Origin: Macrostomum hystrix
Taxonomy: Eukaryota > Animalia > Platyhelminthes
Assembly: GCA_950097015.1 (NCBI GenBank)
Contig: CATNEN010000034.1
Coordinates: 4,278,001 to 4,342,000 of the forward strand
DNA: 64,000 nt
Reading direction: 5' to 3'
Within the stretch, counting starts at the first letter, position 1; every line of letters starts with the position of its first letter. Below the pieces are notes generated by a model. The model had not been told where the DNA came from, did no database searches, and saw only the letters and a program-made list of their open reading frames with translations. Positions 48,901 to 62,359 of the stretch are shown piece after piece. Made by a program: the position numbers and the translations under genes.

Positions 48901-51900
48901 ATGAAACACAGCCGCCTTCGCCGGGCGGTTCTGGCCCTGGTCTTTGCCTGCCTGGTCGCATCGACGAGGGCCCCGTTGTCGACATTGTCGCCGTCGGATT
49001 TGTCACCGATCTCGACGCCATCGTCGTCAAATTCAACGTTGCCAACGTTACCAACGTGTCGGGCTCAGAATGGTACCAGGTGGATACCTAGACACTTCAG
49101 GGTTACAAGCTGCTTGAGCTGCTTCGACTTCATGTACGCTCAGGCTAGGAGGATTCTTAGCAAGACCAATATTCGCTTTGTCAATCTGACGCAATTCTCC
49201 GGCGAAACCTGCGCCGCCTTCGCCAAATTGGAGCCGAAATTCGCCCCGCCCGTTGAGGAGTGCATTGACATGCTGCAGAAATGCTGCCTTGCCGCCCAGG
49301 CCTGCTGCCGCACTCAGCTGACCACCGGGGCTGAGGCTGAAGCCGCGGCGGCTGCCGGTGAGCGCTGCCCCGCTACCTGGGACGGCCTGCACTGCATTGA
49401 CTCGGCTGCGAAGGGGACGACGACTGAGTACGAATGCCCGGCATACCTGCCGAAGGCTCTGGCCAACAGTGAGGCTTGAGGGATTACTGACGTGTGGATT
49501 AGCGGAATGGGTGTGTGGATTAGCGGAATGGGTGTGTGGATTAGCGGAATGGGTGTGTGGATTAGCGGAATGGGTGTGTGGATTAGCGGAATGGGTGTGT
49601 GGATTAGGCGAATGGGTGTGTGGATTAGCGGAATGGGTGTGTGGATTAGGCGAATGGGTTTGTGGATTAGCGGAATGGGTTTGTGGATTAGGCGAATGGG
49701 TTTTTGGATTAGCGGAATGGGTTTGTGGATTAGCGAAATGGGTTTGTGGATTAGCGGAATGGGTTTGTGGATTAGCGGAATGGGTTTGTGGATTAGGCGA
49801 ATGGGTTTGTGGATTAGGCGAATGGGTTTGTGGATTAGCGGAATGGGTTTGTGGATTAGCGGAATGGGTGTGTGGATTAGCGGAATGGGTTTGTGGATTA
49901 GCGGAATGGGTTTGTGGATTAGCGGAATGGGTTTGTGGATTAGCGGAATGGGTGGCAAGTGCAGGTTTATTAATTATATTTCCCTGACCGAACTCTGCAG
50001 ATACATTCAGCATTCACTGCACGGACTCGGGCACCTGGGAGACCAAGAAAAGCTTGGTAGGTCAAGTTTGGGAGTCAACAAACTATGCGACCTGCTACAG
50101 CAAGTCAAAGGTAAGCCCCCAGACAGACACAGAGAAGGCTATTAGGAAAAATGGAAAAATAGTTTCCAGGCCTCAGTTTATGGAGCCGGCATGTCTGCAC
50201 TATTTCTGATTGGTTATATACAGTTATGGTCATGTTAGGGTGCAGAATAGCTCGATTCAATCATTCTGTGGGATAATGTTTGGCAAAATCCCAGATTTCC
50301 CCCTAGAAGATCGCTCAGCTCTGCAGTCCTCATATAAACACAGAAACAAGCCAGCGTTAATTTCGCCAGCATCTGTGTGTTTATCTGCCCGCTGACTAAG
50401 AAGTACATTTCACCGCCGCGTCGTTTATCCCACTGCCCGTTCCAGTGGGATATTATCCCGAACAAGATTGCGCTAGCGTTCTATTGCGTGTCGCTGTGCT
50501 TCCTGCTGCCGGCTGTAGCCATATTCCTCGGCTACGAGTAAGTCCACGGAATCCACTTGCCACTGAAGTTTGTCATAAGAATAGACTGAGGATAGGCTGG
50601 GAGTGATGGAGCAGGGACCAGGCAGAGTCTGATGGATTGCTAATTTAGCTCTGCGGCAAGTCCAGCAAAATAACTTTGACTCAATTCAAATCGCCCGCCT
50701 TGCAGAAGTCTAAGGAAGCAGCAGCGAGTGATAATCCACGTCAACTTGTTCCTGGCACTCACCTTTGATGCAGCCCTGAGCATTGCCACCACTAAGCTCT
50801 ATTACATTGATGTGGATGAAAAATCTGCAAAATCTTTGGAGTCAGCCAACTCGGAGCCTGATTCAGTGCTGCACAGCGGAGGGGTGAGTTAGTTGGCTCG
50901 ATTTTATTCAGATGTTAGATCCGATATTGGAGAGTCAGGCAAGGGTCACAGATCAGGGATTGGTAGGAGAGTCAGGCAATGGTCACAGATCAGGGATTGG
51001 TAGGAGAGTCAGGCAATGGTCACAGATCAGGGATTGGTAGGAGAGTCAGGCAATGGTCACAGATCAGGGATTGGTAGGAGAGTCAGGCAATGGTCACAGA
51101 TCAGGGATTGGTAGGAGAGTCAGGCAATGGTCACAGATCAGGGATTGGTAGGAGAGTCAGGCAATGGTCACAGATCCGATATTGGAGAGTCAGGCAAGGG
51201 TCACAGATCAGGGATTGGTAGGAGAGTCAGGCAATGGTCACAGATCAGGGATTGGTAGGAGAGTCAGGCAATGGTCACAGATCAGGGATTGGTAGGAGAG
51301 TCAGGCAATGGTCACAGATCAGGGATTGGTAGGAGAGTCAGGCAATGGTCACAGATCAGGGATTGGTAGGAGAGTCAGGCAATGGTCACAGATCAGGGAT
51401 TGGTAGGAGAGTCAGGCAATGGTCACAGATCCGATATTGGAGAGTCAGGCAAGGGTCACAGATCAGGGATTGGTAGGAGAGTCAGGCAATGGTCACAGAT
51501 CAGGGATTGGTAGGAGAGTCAGGCAATGGTCACAGATCAGGGATTGGTAGGAGAGTCAGGCAATGGTCACAGATCAGGGATTGGTAGGAGAGTCAGGCAA
51601 TGGTCACAGATCAGGGATTGGTAGGAGAGTCAGGCAATGGTCACAGATCAGGGATTGGAGAGTCAGGCAATGGTCACAGATCAGGGATTGGTAGGAGAGT
51701 CAGGCAATGGTCACAGATCAGGGATTGGTAGGAGAGTCAGGCAATGGTCACAGATCAGGGATTGGAGAGTCAGGCAATGGTCACAGATCAGGGATTGGAG
51801 AGTCAGGCAATGGTCACAGATCAGGGATTGGAGAGTCAGGCAATGGTCACAGATCAGGGATTGGTAGGAGAGTCAGGCAATGGTCACAGATCAGGGATTG

Positions 51901-54900
51901 GAGAGTCAGGCAATGGTCACAGATCAGGGATTGGAGAGTCAGGCAATGGTCACAGATCAGGGATTGGAGAGTCAGGCAATGGTCACAGATCAGGGATTGG
52001 TAGGAGAGTCAGGCAATGGTCACAGATCAGGGATTGGTAGGAGAGTCAGGCAATGGTCACAGATCAGGAATTGGTAGGAGAGTCAGGCAATGGTCACAGA
52101 TCAGGGATTGGTAGGAGAGTCAGGCAATGGTCACAGATCAGGGATTGGTAGGAGAGTCAGGCAATGGTCACAGATCAGGGATTGGTAGGAGAGTCAGGCA
52201 ATGGTCACAGATCAGGGATTGGTAGGAGAGTCAGGCAATGGTCACAGATCAGGGATTGGAGAGTCAGGCAATGGTCACAGATCAGGGATTGGTAGGAGAG
52301 TCAGGCAATGGTCACAGATCAGGGATTGGTAGGAGAGTCAGGCAATGGTCACAGATCAGGGATTGGTAGGAGAGTCAGGCAATGGTCACAGATCAGGGAT
52401 TGGAGAGTCAGGCACTGGTCACAGATCAGGGATTGGAGAGTCAGGCAATGGTCACAGATCAGGGATTGGAGAGTCAGGCAATGGTCACAGATCAGGGATT
52501 GGAGAGTCAGGCAATGGTCACAGATCAGGGATTGGTAGGAGAGTCAGGCAATGGTCACAGATCAGGGATTGGAGAGTCAGGCAATGGTCACAGATCAGGG
52601 ATTGGTAGGAGAGTCAGGCAAGGGTCACAGATCAGGGATTGGTAGGAGAGTCAGGCAATGGTCACAGATCAGGGATTGGTAGGAGAGTCAGGCAATGGTC
52701 ACAGATCAGGGATTGGTAGGAGAGTCAGGCAATGGTCACAGATCAGGGATTGGAGAGTCAGGCAATGGTCACAGATCAGGGATTGGTAGGAGAGTCAGGC
52801 AAGGGTCACAGATCAGGGATTGGTAGGAGAGTCAGGCAATGGTCACAGATCAGGGATTGGAGAGTCAGGCAATGGTCACAGATCAGGGATTGGTAGGAGA
52901 GTCAGGCAAGGGTCACAGATCAGGGATTGGTAGAGAGTCAGGCAATGGTCACAGATCAGGGATTGGTAGGAGAGTCAGGCAATGGTCACAGATCAGGGAT
53001 TGGTAGGAGAGTCAGGCAATGGTCACAGATCAGGGATTGGAGAGTCAGGCAATGGTCACAGATCAGGGATTGGTAGGAGAGTCAGGCAATGGTCACAGAT
53101 CAGGATTGGTAGGAGAGTCAGGCAATGGTCACAGATCAGGGATTGGTAGGAGAGTCAGGCAAGGGTCACAGATCAGGGATTGGAGAGTCAGGCAATGGTC
53201 ACAGATCAGGGATTGGTAGGAGAGTCAGGCAATGGTCACAGATCAGGGATTGGAGAGTCAGGCAATGGTCACAGATCAGGGATTGGTAGGAGAGTCAGGC
53301 AATGGTCCACAGATCAGGGATGGTAGGAGAGTCAGGCAATGGTCACAGATCAGGGATTGGTAGGAGAGTCAGGCAATGGTCACAGATCAGGGATTGGTAG
53401 GAGAGTCAGGCAATGGTCACAGATCAGGGATTGGTAGGAGAGTCAGGCAATGGTCACAGATCAGGGATTGGAGAGTCAGGCAATGGTCACAGATCAGGGA
53501 TTGGTAGGAGAGTCAGGCAAGGGTCACAGATCAGGGATTGGTAGGAGAGTCAGGCAATGGTCACAGATCAGGGATTGGTAGGAGAGTCAGGCAAGGGTCA
53601 CAGATCAGGAATTGGTAGGAGAGTCAGGCAATGGTCACAGATCAGGGATTGGTAGGAGAGTCAGGCAATGGTCACAGATCAGGGATTGGTAGGAGAGTCA
53701 GGCAATGGTCACAGATCAGGAATTGGTAGGAGAGTCAGGCAATGGTCACAGATCAGGGATTGGAGAGTCAGGCAATGGTCACAGATCAGGGATTGGTAGG
53801 AGAGTCAGGCAATGGTCACAGATCAGGGATTGGTAGGAGAGTCAGGCAATGGTCACAGATCAGGGATTGGTAGGAGAGTCAGGCAATGGTCACAGATCAG
53901 GAATTGGTAGGAGAGTCAGGCAATGGTCACAGATCAGGGATTGGTAGGAGAGTCAGGCAATGGTCACAGATCAGGGATTGGTAGGAGAGTCAGGCAATGG
54001 TCACAGATCAGGGATTGGTAGGAGAGTCAGGCAAGGGTCACAGATCAGGAATTGGTAGGAGAGTCAGGCAATGGTCACAGATCAGGAATTGGTAGGAGAG
54101 TCAGGCAATGGTCACAGATCAGGGATTGGTAGGAGAGTCAGGCAATGGTCACAGATCAGGGATTGGTAGGAGAGTCAGGCAATGGTCACAGATCAGGGAT
54201 TGGTAGGAGAGTCAGGCAATGGTCGCAGATCAGGGATTGGTAGGAGAGTCAGGCAAGGGTCACAGATCAGGAATTGGTAGGAGAGTCAGGCAATGGTCAC
54301 AGATCAGGGATTGGTAGGAGAGTCAGGCAATGGTCACAGATCAGGAATTGGTAGGAGAGTCAGGCAATGGTCACAGATCAGGGATTGGTAGGAGAGTCAG
54401 GCAATGGTCACAGATCAGGGATTGGTAGGAGAGTCAGGCAATGGTCACAGATCAGGGATTGGTAGGAGAGTCAGGCAATGGTCACAGATCAGGGATTGGA
54501 GAGTCAGGCAATGGTCACAGATCAGGGATTGGTAGGAGAGTCAGGCAATGGTCACAGATCAGGGATTGGTAGGAGAGTCAGGCAATGGTCACAGATCAGG
54601 GATTGGAGAGTCAGGCAATGGTCACAGATCAGGGATTGGTAGGAGAGTCAGGCAATGGTCACAGATCAGGGATTGGTAGGAGAGTCAGGCAATGGTCACA
54701 GATCAGGGATTGGTAGGAGAGTCAGGCAAGGGTCACAGATCAGGGATTGGTAGGAGAGTCAGGCAATGGTCACAGATCAGGGATTGGTAGGAGAGTCAGG
54801 CAATGGTCACAGATCAGGGATTGGAGAGTCAGGCAATGGTCACAGATCAGGGATTGGTAGGAGAGTCAGGCAATGGTCACAGATCAGGGATTGGTAGGAG

Positions 54901-57900
54901 AGTCAGGCAAGGGTCACAGATCAGGTAAAAGTATTAAGCCAGAAGATCGTTGGGTTCAGCAGTGAAACATGTTTTCCGCACAGGTTGGCTGCATCATTCT
55001 GACAGTGCTGCATCGCTCAATGCAGTCTGCCATGTTTATGTGGATTTTTGTCGAGGGCTTTTACCTCCACCGGCTGCTCATCCGGACGTTCGATCGTGAG
55101 AAGTCACTTTGGACCTACTACGTGCTAGGATGGGGTGAGCACCTGATCCTATTGTGAACTGAGGAATTAGAATGCATTTTACGTCGAGACATAGCTCGTT
55201 GTGGTATAAATGTGTCTTTTGTGCTTAAAGAACAATGCGAATTCTACAGAGGAAATGGTAGCTTTATAACAATGGAAAATGCGAGACAAAAGCACAGCAG
55301 AGTTAGTTTAGATCACTGTTTCCGATGCCTTAGAATAATCGATGCTTCTCACGCACAAATTGTTACTATCTTCGTATTCAGACCCAAAACATGCAAAAGC
55401 CCTATGAAAAAAAAAACTTTTTTCCGAAAGTAGACATAAAGTAATGACATAAGTTAATTTTAAGCCCTGACGTTGATTCCGCCGCAAGGACTCCGCAGTG
55501 AGTAACGCTTGCATGTGGTGGCAGCGGTGGGATAGTGCGTCACGCTTATCTAAATTTTTTACTGATTGAGTCGTCCCTCGCCTTCAAAGACGCATAGATA
55601 TCAATCCACTTTGCTCTGGCTGTGTTCATTCGGTTTGTGCGTGCATTCCAGGTGCGTCCGTGCTAATTAACACAGCCTACTGTGCGCTGCGCCTGACCCT
55701 ACCCCAGTTCAGACAGCTAAACGGCCGGTAAGCACTCCTTTCTGACTTCCAGTGCATTGAAATCTGGACAATAAAGAAGCTAGATCACGAGTTTAGACGC
55801 ATATTGCATGAGTTGCCATTTCATAGAATTGTAACTCAAGGGTTATTGGGGAGAGTACTGGTGGCATTGGCTGATGTCCAATGCTTCAATTTTAAGTAAG
55901 CTTTCAATGAGCTCTTGAATTCCCTGCCCACGTGAAGACGTCGTGTGACACTTGCGTGCCAGTTGATGCCCCGAATATCCGTTCCTTTGTTGATACTTTT
56001 CCCATCGACCTGGCTCTCCTAATCGCAGATGTTGGGTCTCGGATGCCCATCCGCTCGAGTGGCTAAAAGATGGAGCTAATCTGCTGTGCATTCTGGTGAG
56101 TTGAGACCCAGTTTGCACTTTAGCTAATGTGCTACTTACCATCGTTCAGTTGTTTAAGTTTTCAAATTGTAGAATCTAGATTTAGACCATTCAGAAGATG
56201 TCTCGATGAAACTGATGTCTCCTCAAACCCACTGATATTTTTCAGTTAAACGTCATCTTCTTTGTCAATATTCTTCGCATTTTACTAAAAAAGCTTCATT
56301 CCAATCCGAACGACACGAACAACTACAGGTTAGTGAGTTGTTGTTTACTCTGTGCAATTATTTTGACTGGCTATATAAACTTCTAAACATTGAAAAGGGA
56401 AAGTGCAAGTAGATGTAGGCGTTTGGGTAGCGTGTCTGATTCTTGCAACAAGGTCCTGATTTCGTGTTCCTGCAACGTACCCATGCGCCTATTTGTGCTT
56501 AGAGGCTAGCAGAATGGACAAAATTGTGTCCTGACCGGCCAAATGTAATTATGATTGTTACTAAGCTCATCGAGCTAGTATCTATTTTTAGAAACTGAAA
56601 GTTTCCAATCGTGCGAAAAAATTCACAGGCGAAAAAAGTAATGCTTTTTAAGAAGCTAATGATCACCTATGCAATGGACTGTCTTGCCTACTTCTGCCTG
56701 GGATTTTCAGCTTCCTAATTAGACAGAACCTATCAGATTCTAACACATGATCAGGGTGCAAATGTGACTTGCCATCTCTTCACTTGATTTCGCATACCTG
56801 TGGATCAGACCTAGCTAATCTGCCGTGTTATTTTAGGCGCGCATTCAAAGCCACATGCATCTTAGTTCCGCTATTCGGCTTACAATGGCTTCTGATGATG
56901 TACAGGCAGGATCGTGAAAAGATTAACGCCCTGGTCATTGCGTACCGGATCGCCAAGGCTGCGTTGAGGGGCTCACATGGGGCCATTGTGGCTACAGTGT
57001 TCTGCTTTGCTAATAATGAGGTGAGAATAATGAGGGCCATCCTGTTTGAAGAGTTATCCAGTATTATCCCAAGTAGTTATCTAGTATTATCCCAAGTAGT
57101 TATCTAGTATTATCCCAAGTAGTTATCTAGTATAATCCCGAGTTGTTATCCAGTATTATCCCAAGTAGTTATCTAGTATTATCCCAAGTAGTTATCTAGT
57201 ATTATCCCAAGTAGTTATCTAATATAATCCCGAGTTGTTATCCAGTATTATCCCAAGTAGTTATCCAGTATTATCCCAAGTAGTTATCTAGTATTATCCC
57301 AAGTAGTTATCTAGTATTATCCCAAGTAGTTATCTAATATAATCCCGAGTTGTTATCCAGTATTATCCCAAGTAGTTATCTAGTATTATCCCAAGTAGTT
57401 ATCTAGTATTATCCCAAGTAGTTATCTAGTATTATCCCAAGTAGTTATCTAGTATAATCCCGAGTTGTTATCTAGTACTATCCCAATTAGTTATCTAGTA
57501 TTATCCTAAGTAGTTATCTAGTATTATCCCAAGTAGTTATCTAGTATTATCCCAAGTAGTTATCTAGTATTATCCCAAGTAGTTATCTAGTATAATCCCG
57601 AGTTGTTATCCAGTATTATCCCAAGTTGTTATCTAGTATTATCCCAAGTAGTTATCTAGTATAATCCCAAGTAGTTATCTAGTATTATCCCAAGTAGTTA
57701 TCTAGTATAATCCCGAGTTGTTATCCAGTATTATCCCAAGTAGTTATCTAGTATAATCCCGAGTTGTTATCCAGTATTATCCCAAGTTGTTATCTAGTAT
57801 TATCCCAAGTAGTTATCCAGTATTATCCCAAGTAGTTATCTAGTATTATCCCAAGTAGTTATCCAGTATTATCCCAAGTAGTTATCTAGTATTATCCCAA

Positions 57901-60020
57901 GTAGTTATCTAGTATAATCCCGAGTTGTTATCCAGTATTATCCCAAGTTGTTATCTAGTATTATCCCAAGTAGTTATCTAGTATAATCCCGAGTTGTTAT
58001 CCAGTATTATCCCAAGTTGTTATCTAGTATTATCCCAAGTAGTTATCCAGTATTATCCCAAGTAGTTATCTAGTATTATCCCAAGTAGTTATCCAGTATT
58101 ATCCCAAGTAGTTATCTAGTATAATCCCGAGTTGTTATCCAGTATTATCCCAAGTTGTTATCTAGTATTATCCCAAGTAGTTATCCAGTATTATCCCAAG
58201 TAGTTATCTAGTATTATCCCAAGTAGTTATCCAGTATTATCCCAAGTAGTTATCTAGTATAATCCCGAGTTGTTATCCAGTATTATCCCAAGTTGTTATC
58301 TAGTATTATCCCAAGTAGTTATCTAGTATAATCCCGAGTTGTTATCCAGTATTATCCCAAGTTGTTATCTAGTATTATCCCAAGTAGTTATCTAGTATTA
58401 TCCCAAGTAGTTATCTAGTATAATCCCGAGTTGTTATCCAGTATTATCCCAAGTAGTTATCTAGTATTATCCCAAGTAGTTATCCAGTATTATCCCAAGT
58501 AGTTATCTAGTATAATCCCGAGTTGTTACCGAGTATTATCCGTAGTTCATCAGAATTTTCTTTAGTAATTATCGATTTTATCCTTAGATATTTTTCAGTA
58601 TCATCCCTCGCATTTATCATCTTATTTCGCACAGTCAGTATTCCTTTGGGATACTTGAGGAAAAGTTTTCAAAGCCCAGAGATTTTGCATTCCCATTGGG
58701 AGTTCTCTGAGACGTAGCTTGCATCTAGACTATGTAGGCCCCAATCAAACGATGTAATTTAGTGTTTATTCAAAGCCAAAGCAGAGTATCTTCCAATTTG
58801 AATAGGCGAAAATCATGCTTAAAATCTTTAATATGATTGTTCCTATGTTCCTATATGTAAGTCCAAATTTATACGATTATTTATGGATAGTACTAGTGGA
58901 TAGTTATCATATATAATACACCTCATCGTTATGAATTATAATTCTAGAATTTATGCGTTGAGCCAGGGTGAACTGCGAAGAAGAGATAAGAGGCGAAGAG
59001 TCACACTTGGCACACTAGCCTATCCGAGAGTGCTAAGGGGGTAGAGTTGGCCCCGGAGGAGAGGAGGGCTAAGCCACCCAGCCAATTAGCGCACGACTAG
59101 GGGCACGCAAGCGGGTTGGGGCAGCGCCTGGCTCTATTTATCTATTTGCAGGGGGACCCGGGGCACTTGTCGCACAAGCGACGGAGCGGCACGCCCCCAG
59201 ACCGGCGAACTAGGCGCTTAGCGCCCATCGCGCCGCCTCCCCTGAGCAGGCATCACACACAGCAGCATAGACCAGCCGGGGAGGGCAGGAGGCACCCAGA
59301 ATAGGCAGCAGTGCCCCCCACCCCAGCCCCACACGCACAGAGCAGACCAAGCCGGGGTGGAAGGCTGATATGAAATCAGTCCTCAAGGGGGGGAGCCGGG
59401 TGATGAGTGTAAACTTATCCAATCGCGCTGACGGAAATCCAGAAAGCGCGCGGCGGTGTACACCCGCCCCCCAGCCACCCCCCGCAAGGCCTCACGCCCC
59501 AGCGCCAACGCACACAACGCACACAACGCAGAACAGGCCACAGAAGCGAAGCTATTATTTCAAGCTTTGATTGCACGAAATATGGTGCAATTTTGGTGCA
59601 CAGCGACGCTAGCCGCTGACCCACTCGCCCCCCCAGCGCCTGGCTCAGCCAAATGTAAGACAGGCCAAGTACGCTCGTAATTATAGGCGTTAGAAGCCAG
59701 CTTCATTATCTGTTCAATCTAGAATTTAGCACATTCTGTAGACGCTTTAAAAGCATGCAAAATTCATTATTTATTAACAAACGCAGGTGACCACCCTGAT
59801 TCGCAAATCCCTTGATCAACGTGGCATTCGGACTAACAACAGGCTCAGCCGGCCCTCCATCGACAACCGGCCCACAATGTACTCGAGTGTTCCGCCTAGG
59901 GACAGCATTCCAATGGGAGCGCTACCATCGACCAGGGCTGCCTCCGTGAGTACAACTGGCCCGGCTGCTGCCTCCATTGACGTCGCCGTGGTTTCGTCGT
60001 CCAGACGAACGACTGGCTGA
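48901..60020 (+). CDS. Class B1 (secretin-family) GPCR, calcitonin/DH31-receptor-like, ~580 aa; exons 48901-49468, 50001-50110, 50446-50537, 50706-50883, 54984-55134, 55652-55727, 56029-56095, 56246-56328, 56837-57020, 59787-60020
   Basis: Signal peptide; hormone-binding domain (CPATWDGLHC...C...G.W...TNY..C); TM2 IHVNLF; TM3 WIFVEGFYLH; GWG; CW; NVIFFVNILRIL; TM6 AFKATCILVPLFGLQW; TM7 G.IVATVFCFANNEV. All introns GT-AG, phases consistent (1743 nt). Confidence 0.9.
49490..49952. repeat. 21-bp minisatellite (TGTGGATTAGCGGAATGGGTK)n filling class B GPCR intron 1
   Basis: Visible periodicity. Confidence 0.96.
50925..54924. repeat. 37/33-bp minisatellite (GG[TAGG]AGAGTCAGGCAATGGTCACAGATCAGGGATT)n filling class B GPCR intron 4
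   Basis: Visible periodicity; ~4.0 kb of a 4.1-kb intron. Confidence 0.98.
57058..58530. repeat. 23-bp minisatellite (TATTATCCCAAGTAGTTATCTAG)n in class B GPCR intron 9
   Basis: Visible periodicity. Confidence 0.97.
59135..59633 (-). mobile_element. SINE family 3 copy in the last intron of the class B GPCR, 13-bp TSD CAGCGCCTGGCTC
   Basis: TSD at 59122-59134 and 59634-59646; reverse complement aligns to 40219-40809 but lacks the B-box segment. Confidence 0.85.
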
Positions 60021-60562
60021 AGAAGGTTTCAGCAGGAAGGAACCAAATTCAGAATGACGAACGTTGCAGCTGTTTTCTGTACACGAATTTGGCTTGCGTT
60101 GACTAAAATCAGCTTTTGATGTGATATTAGGCTTCACATGGACTGGGCGCTTCGGGGACTGGGAGATCCAGGAATCCAGATCCAAGATTCTGATAATTTC
60201 TTGCAGGCTTTTTAGTCACACAATCGCGTCGACTCTCTCTTTTTGTCTATCTGTCTCACAGTGTAGCATAGCACTCTACTCTGCTCTGTCTCTAGCTCGA
60301 CCTACAGTAGCGCAGTCACGTACAGTTTTTTGCAGTAGAAGTACTGGACCGATATGTTTTAGCAGCTGACTTACAATATTTAGATATGCCTCCCATGTCA
60401 ATTTTATGCTTGCAACATTCGGTCGCCACACCTAGCCGGGTCTGCCGCAGTCCATTGATTGTAGAAAGAGTTAAGACTTGGAGAGTAGAAAAGCAGAATA
60501 GAAATCGATGAAACAAGAATAGACAGAATGATAACTGAGAAATGGGAATCGATTATATAATA

Positions 60563-60752
60563 TCGCACCAAGGTCCCTGAGCTCGATTCCACGGCGAGGC
60601 CACGATGAGAAAGTCAGGGCAGATGTACACACCTGTGTAAGTGTGTGCCTGCTTACAGTATCTGTGTGCGTGTGTGCTCAGGAGTCAGCGAAATGAGCAG
60701 ATCACGAAATGATGTGCCATTGCCCGCAGCCCTCCTGCAATTATTATCATTA
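60563..60752 (+). mobile_element. SINE family 1, internally deleted copy
   Basis: Head fused to GATGAGAAAGTCAGGGCAGATG body; ATT tail. Confidence 0.8.
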
Positions 60753-61399
60753 TGAGAATGTGGTAATCGACGAAATGAGAATAGCCGAGAAACGGAGAAA
60801 AAAGAAACGATAAAATGAGAATTGCCGAACTGCGGAGGGCCCACACTTGCACTTATTTCTGATAATTATTTTTGTCGACAGCACAATTTCTGCACCCGTC
60901 GCTTTAAAAATCCCGGATGTGAAAATATGCAATATCACTTGTCGGTCTTTTGTTCGTCCTGTAATCTAGTCTCGTCCGCCCATGTCTATTATCCTACGCA
61001 CAACGATATACGTTAGATTTATACCATGTATTTATAACTCACATCTGATCGCACTATTTTGTATGCAATCAAAGGCGGAGAAAGTGTACATGTTTATGAC
61101 ATGCAATCATGCAGCAAACTAGAGCTGTATACATTCTTTCGGGACCATAAATATATATTATATCAACTTTCATGCACAGATTTTTCTAGTTAATAGTACT
61201 GCCATGACTACTGCCAGTAGGTAGTTTGAAGCATTCAATTTTATGTATAATTATTTTCAAATTTGTCTACTAGTCGCTTCTTGTACGATTTAACAGGTCA
61301 AAAGAAATATTTCACTTACTAGCTCGTAGTATGTTCCTCGAGCGAGGACATAACAAGAAGTAGGATAAAAATATAGTTACATAAAAATTTCCCCAGATA

Positions 61400-62216
61400 C
61401 CCAGTCCCCAGCTACATCAGAACGTCCCCAGCTACATCAGAATGCCCCCAGTTACATCAGAATGTCCCCAGTTACATCAGAATGTCCCCAGCTACATCAG
61501 AATATCCCCAGCTACATCAGAATGTCCCCAGCTACATCAGAATGTCCCCAGCTACATCAGAATGTCCCCAGCTACATCAGAATGTCCCCAGTTACATCAG
61601 AATGTCCCCAGCTACATCAGAATGTCCCCAGTTACATCAGAATGTCCCCAGCTACATCAGAATGTCCCCAGCTACATCAGAATATCCCCAGCTACATCAG
61701 AATGTCCCCAGCTACATCAGAATGTCCCCAGCTACATCAGAATGTCCCCAGCTACATCAGAATGTCCCCAGTTACATCAGAATGTCCCCAGCTACATCAG
61801 AATATCCCCAGTTACATCAGAATGTCCCCAGCTACATCAGAATGTCCCCAGTTACATCAGAATGTCCCCAGCTACATCAGAATATCCCCAGCTACATCAG
61901 AATGTCCCCAGTTACATCAGAATGTCCCCAGCTACATCAGAATGTCCCCAGCTACATCAGAATGTCCCCAGTTACATCAGAATGTCCCCAGCTACATCAG
62001 AATGTCCCCAGATACATCAGAATGTCCCCAGCTACATCAGAATGTCCCCAGTTACATCAGAATGTCCCCAGCTACATCAGAATGTCCCCAGTTACATCAG
62101 AATGTCCCCAGCTACATCAGAATGTCCCCAGCTACATCAGAATGTCCCCAGTTACATCAGAATGTCCCCAGCTACATCAGAATGTCCCCAGCTACATCAG
62201 AACATCCCCAGTTACG
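61400..62216. repeat. 20-bp minisatellite (CAGAATGTCCCCAGCTACAT)n
   Basis: Visible periodicity. Confidence 0.97.
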
Positions 62217-62355
62217 AAGCAGCAGCCAAACTAGAAGGCCTGCCTGTACTGCAGCAGCAAACTAGAAGACCTGCCTGTACTGCAGCAGCAAACTAGAAGG
62301 CCTGCCTGTACTGCAGCAGCAAACTAGAAGACCTGCCTGTACTGCAGCAGCAAAC
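62217..62355. repeat. 31-bp repeat (GCAGCAGCAAACTAGAAGACCTGCCTGTACT) x~4 abutting the cNMP gene stop
   Basis: Visible periodicity. Confidence 0.9.
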
Positions 62356-62359
62356 TGTC

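Noticed and set aside
27688-48901. Functional clustering of the two divergently oriented GPCR genes
   Set aside because: Unrelated receptor classes separated by 21 kb of repeats; GPCR genes are abundant, so adjacency is unremarkable.
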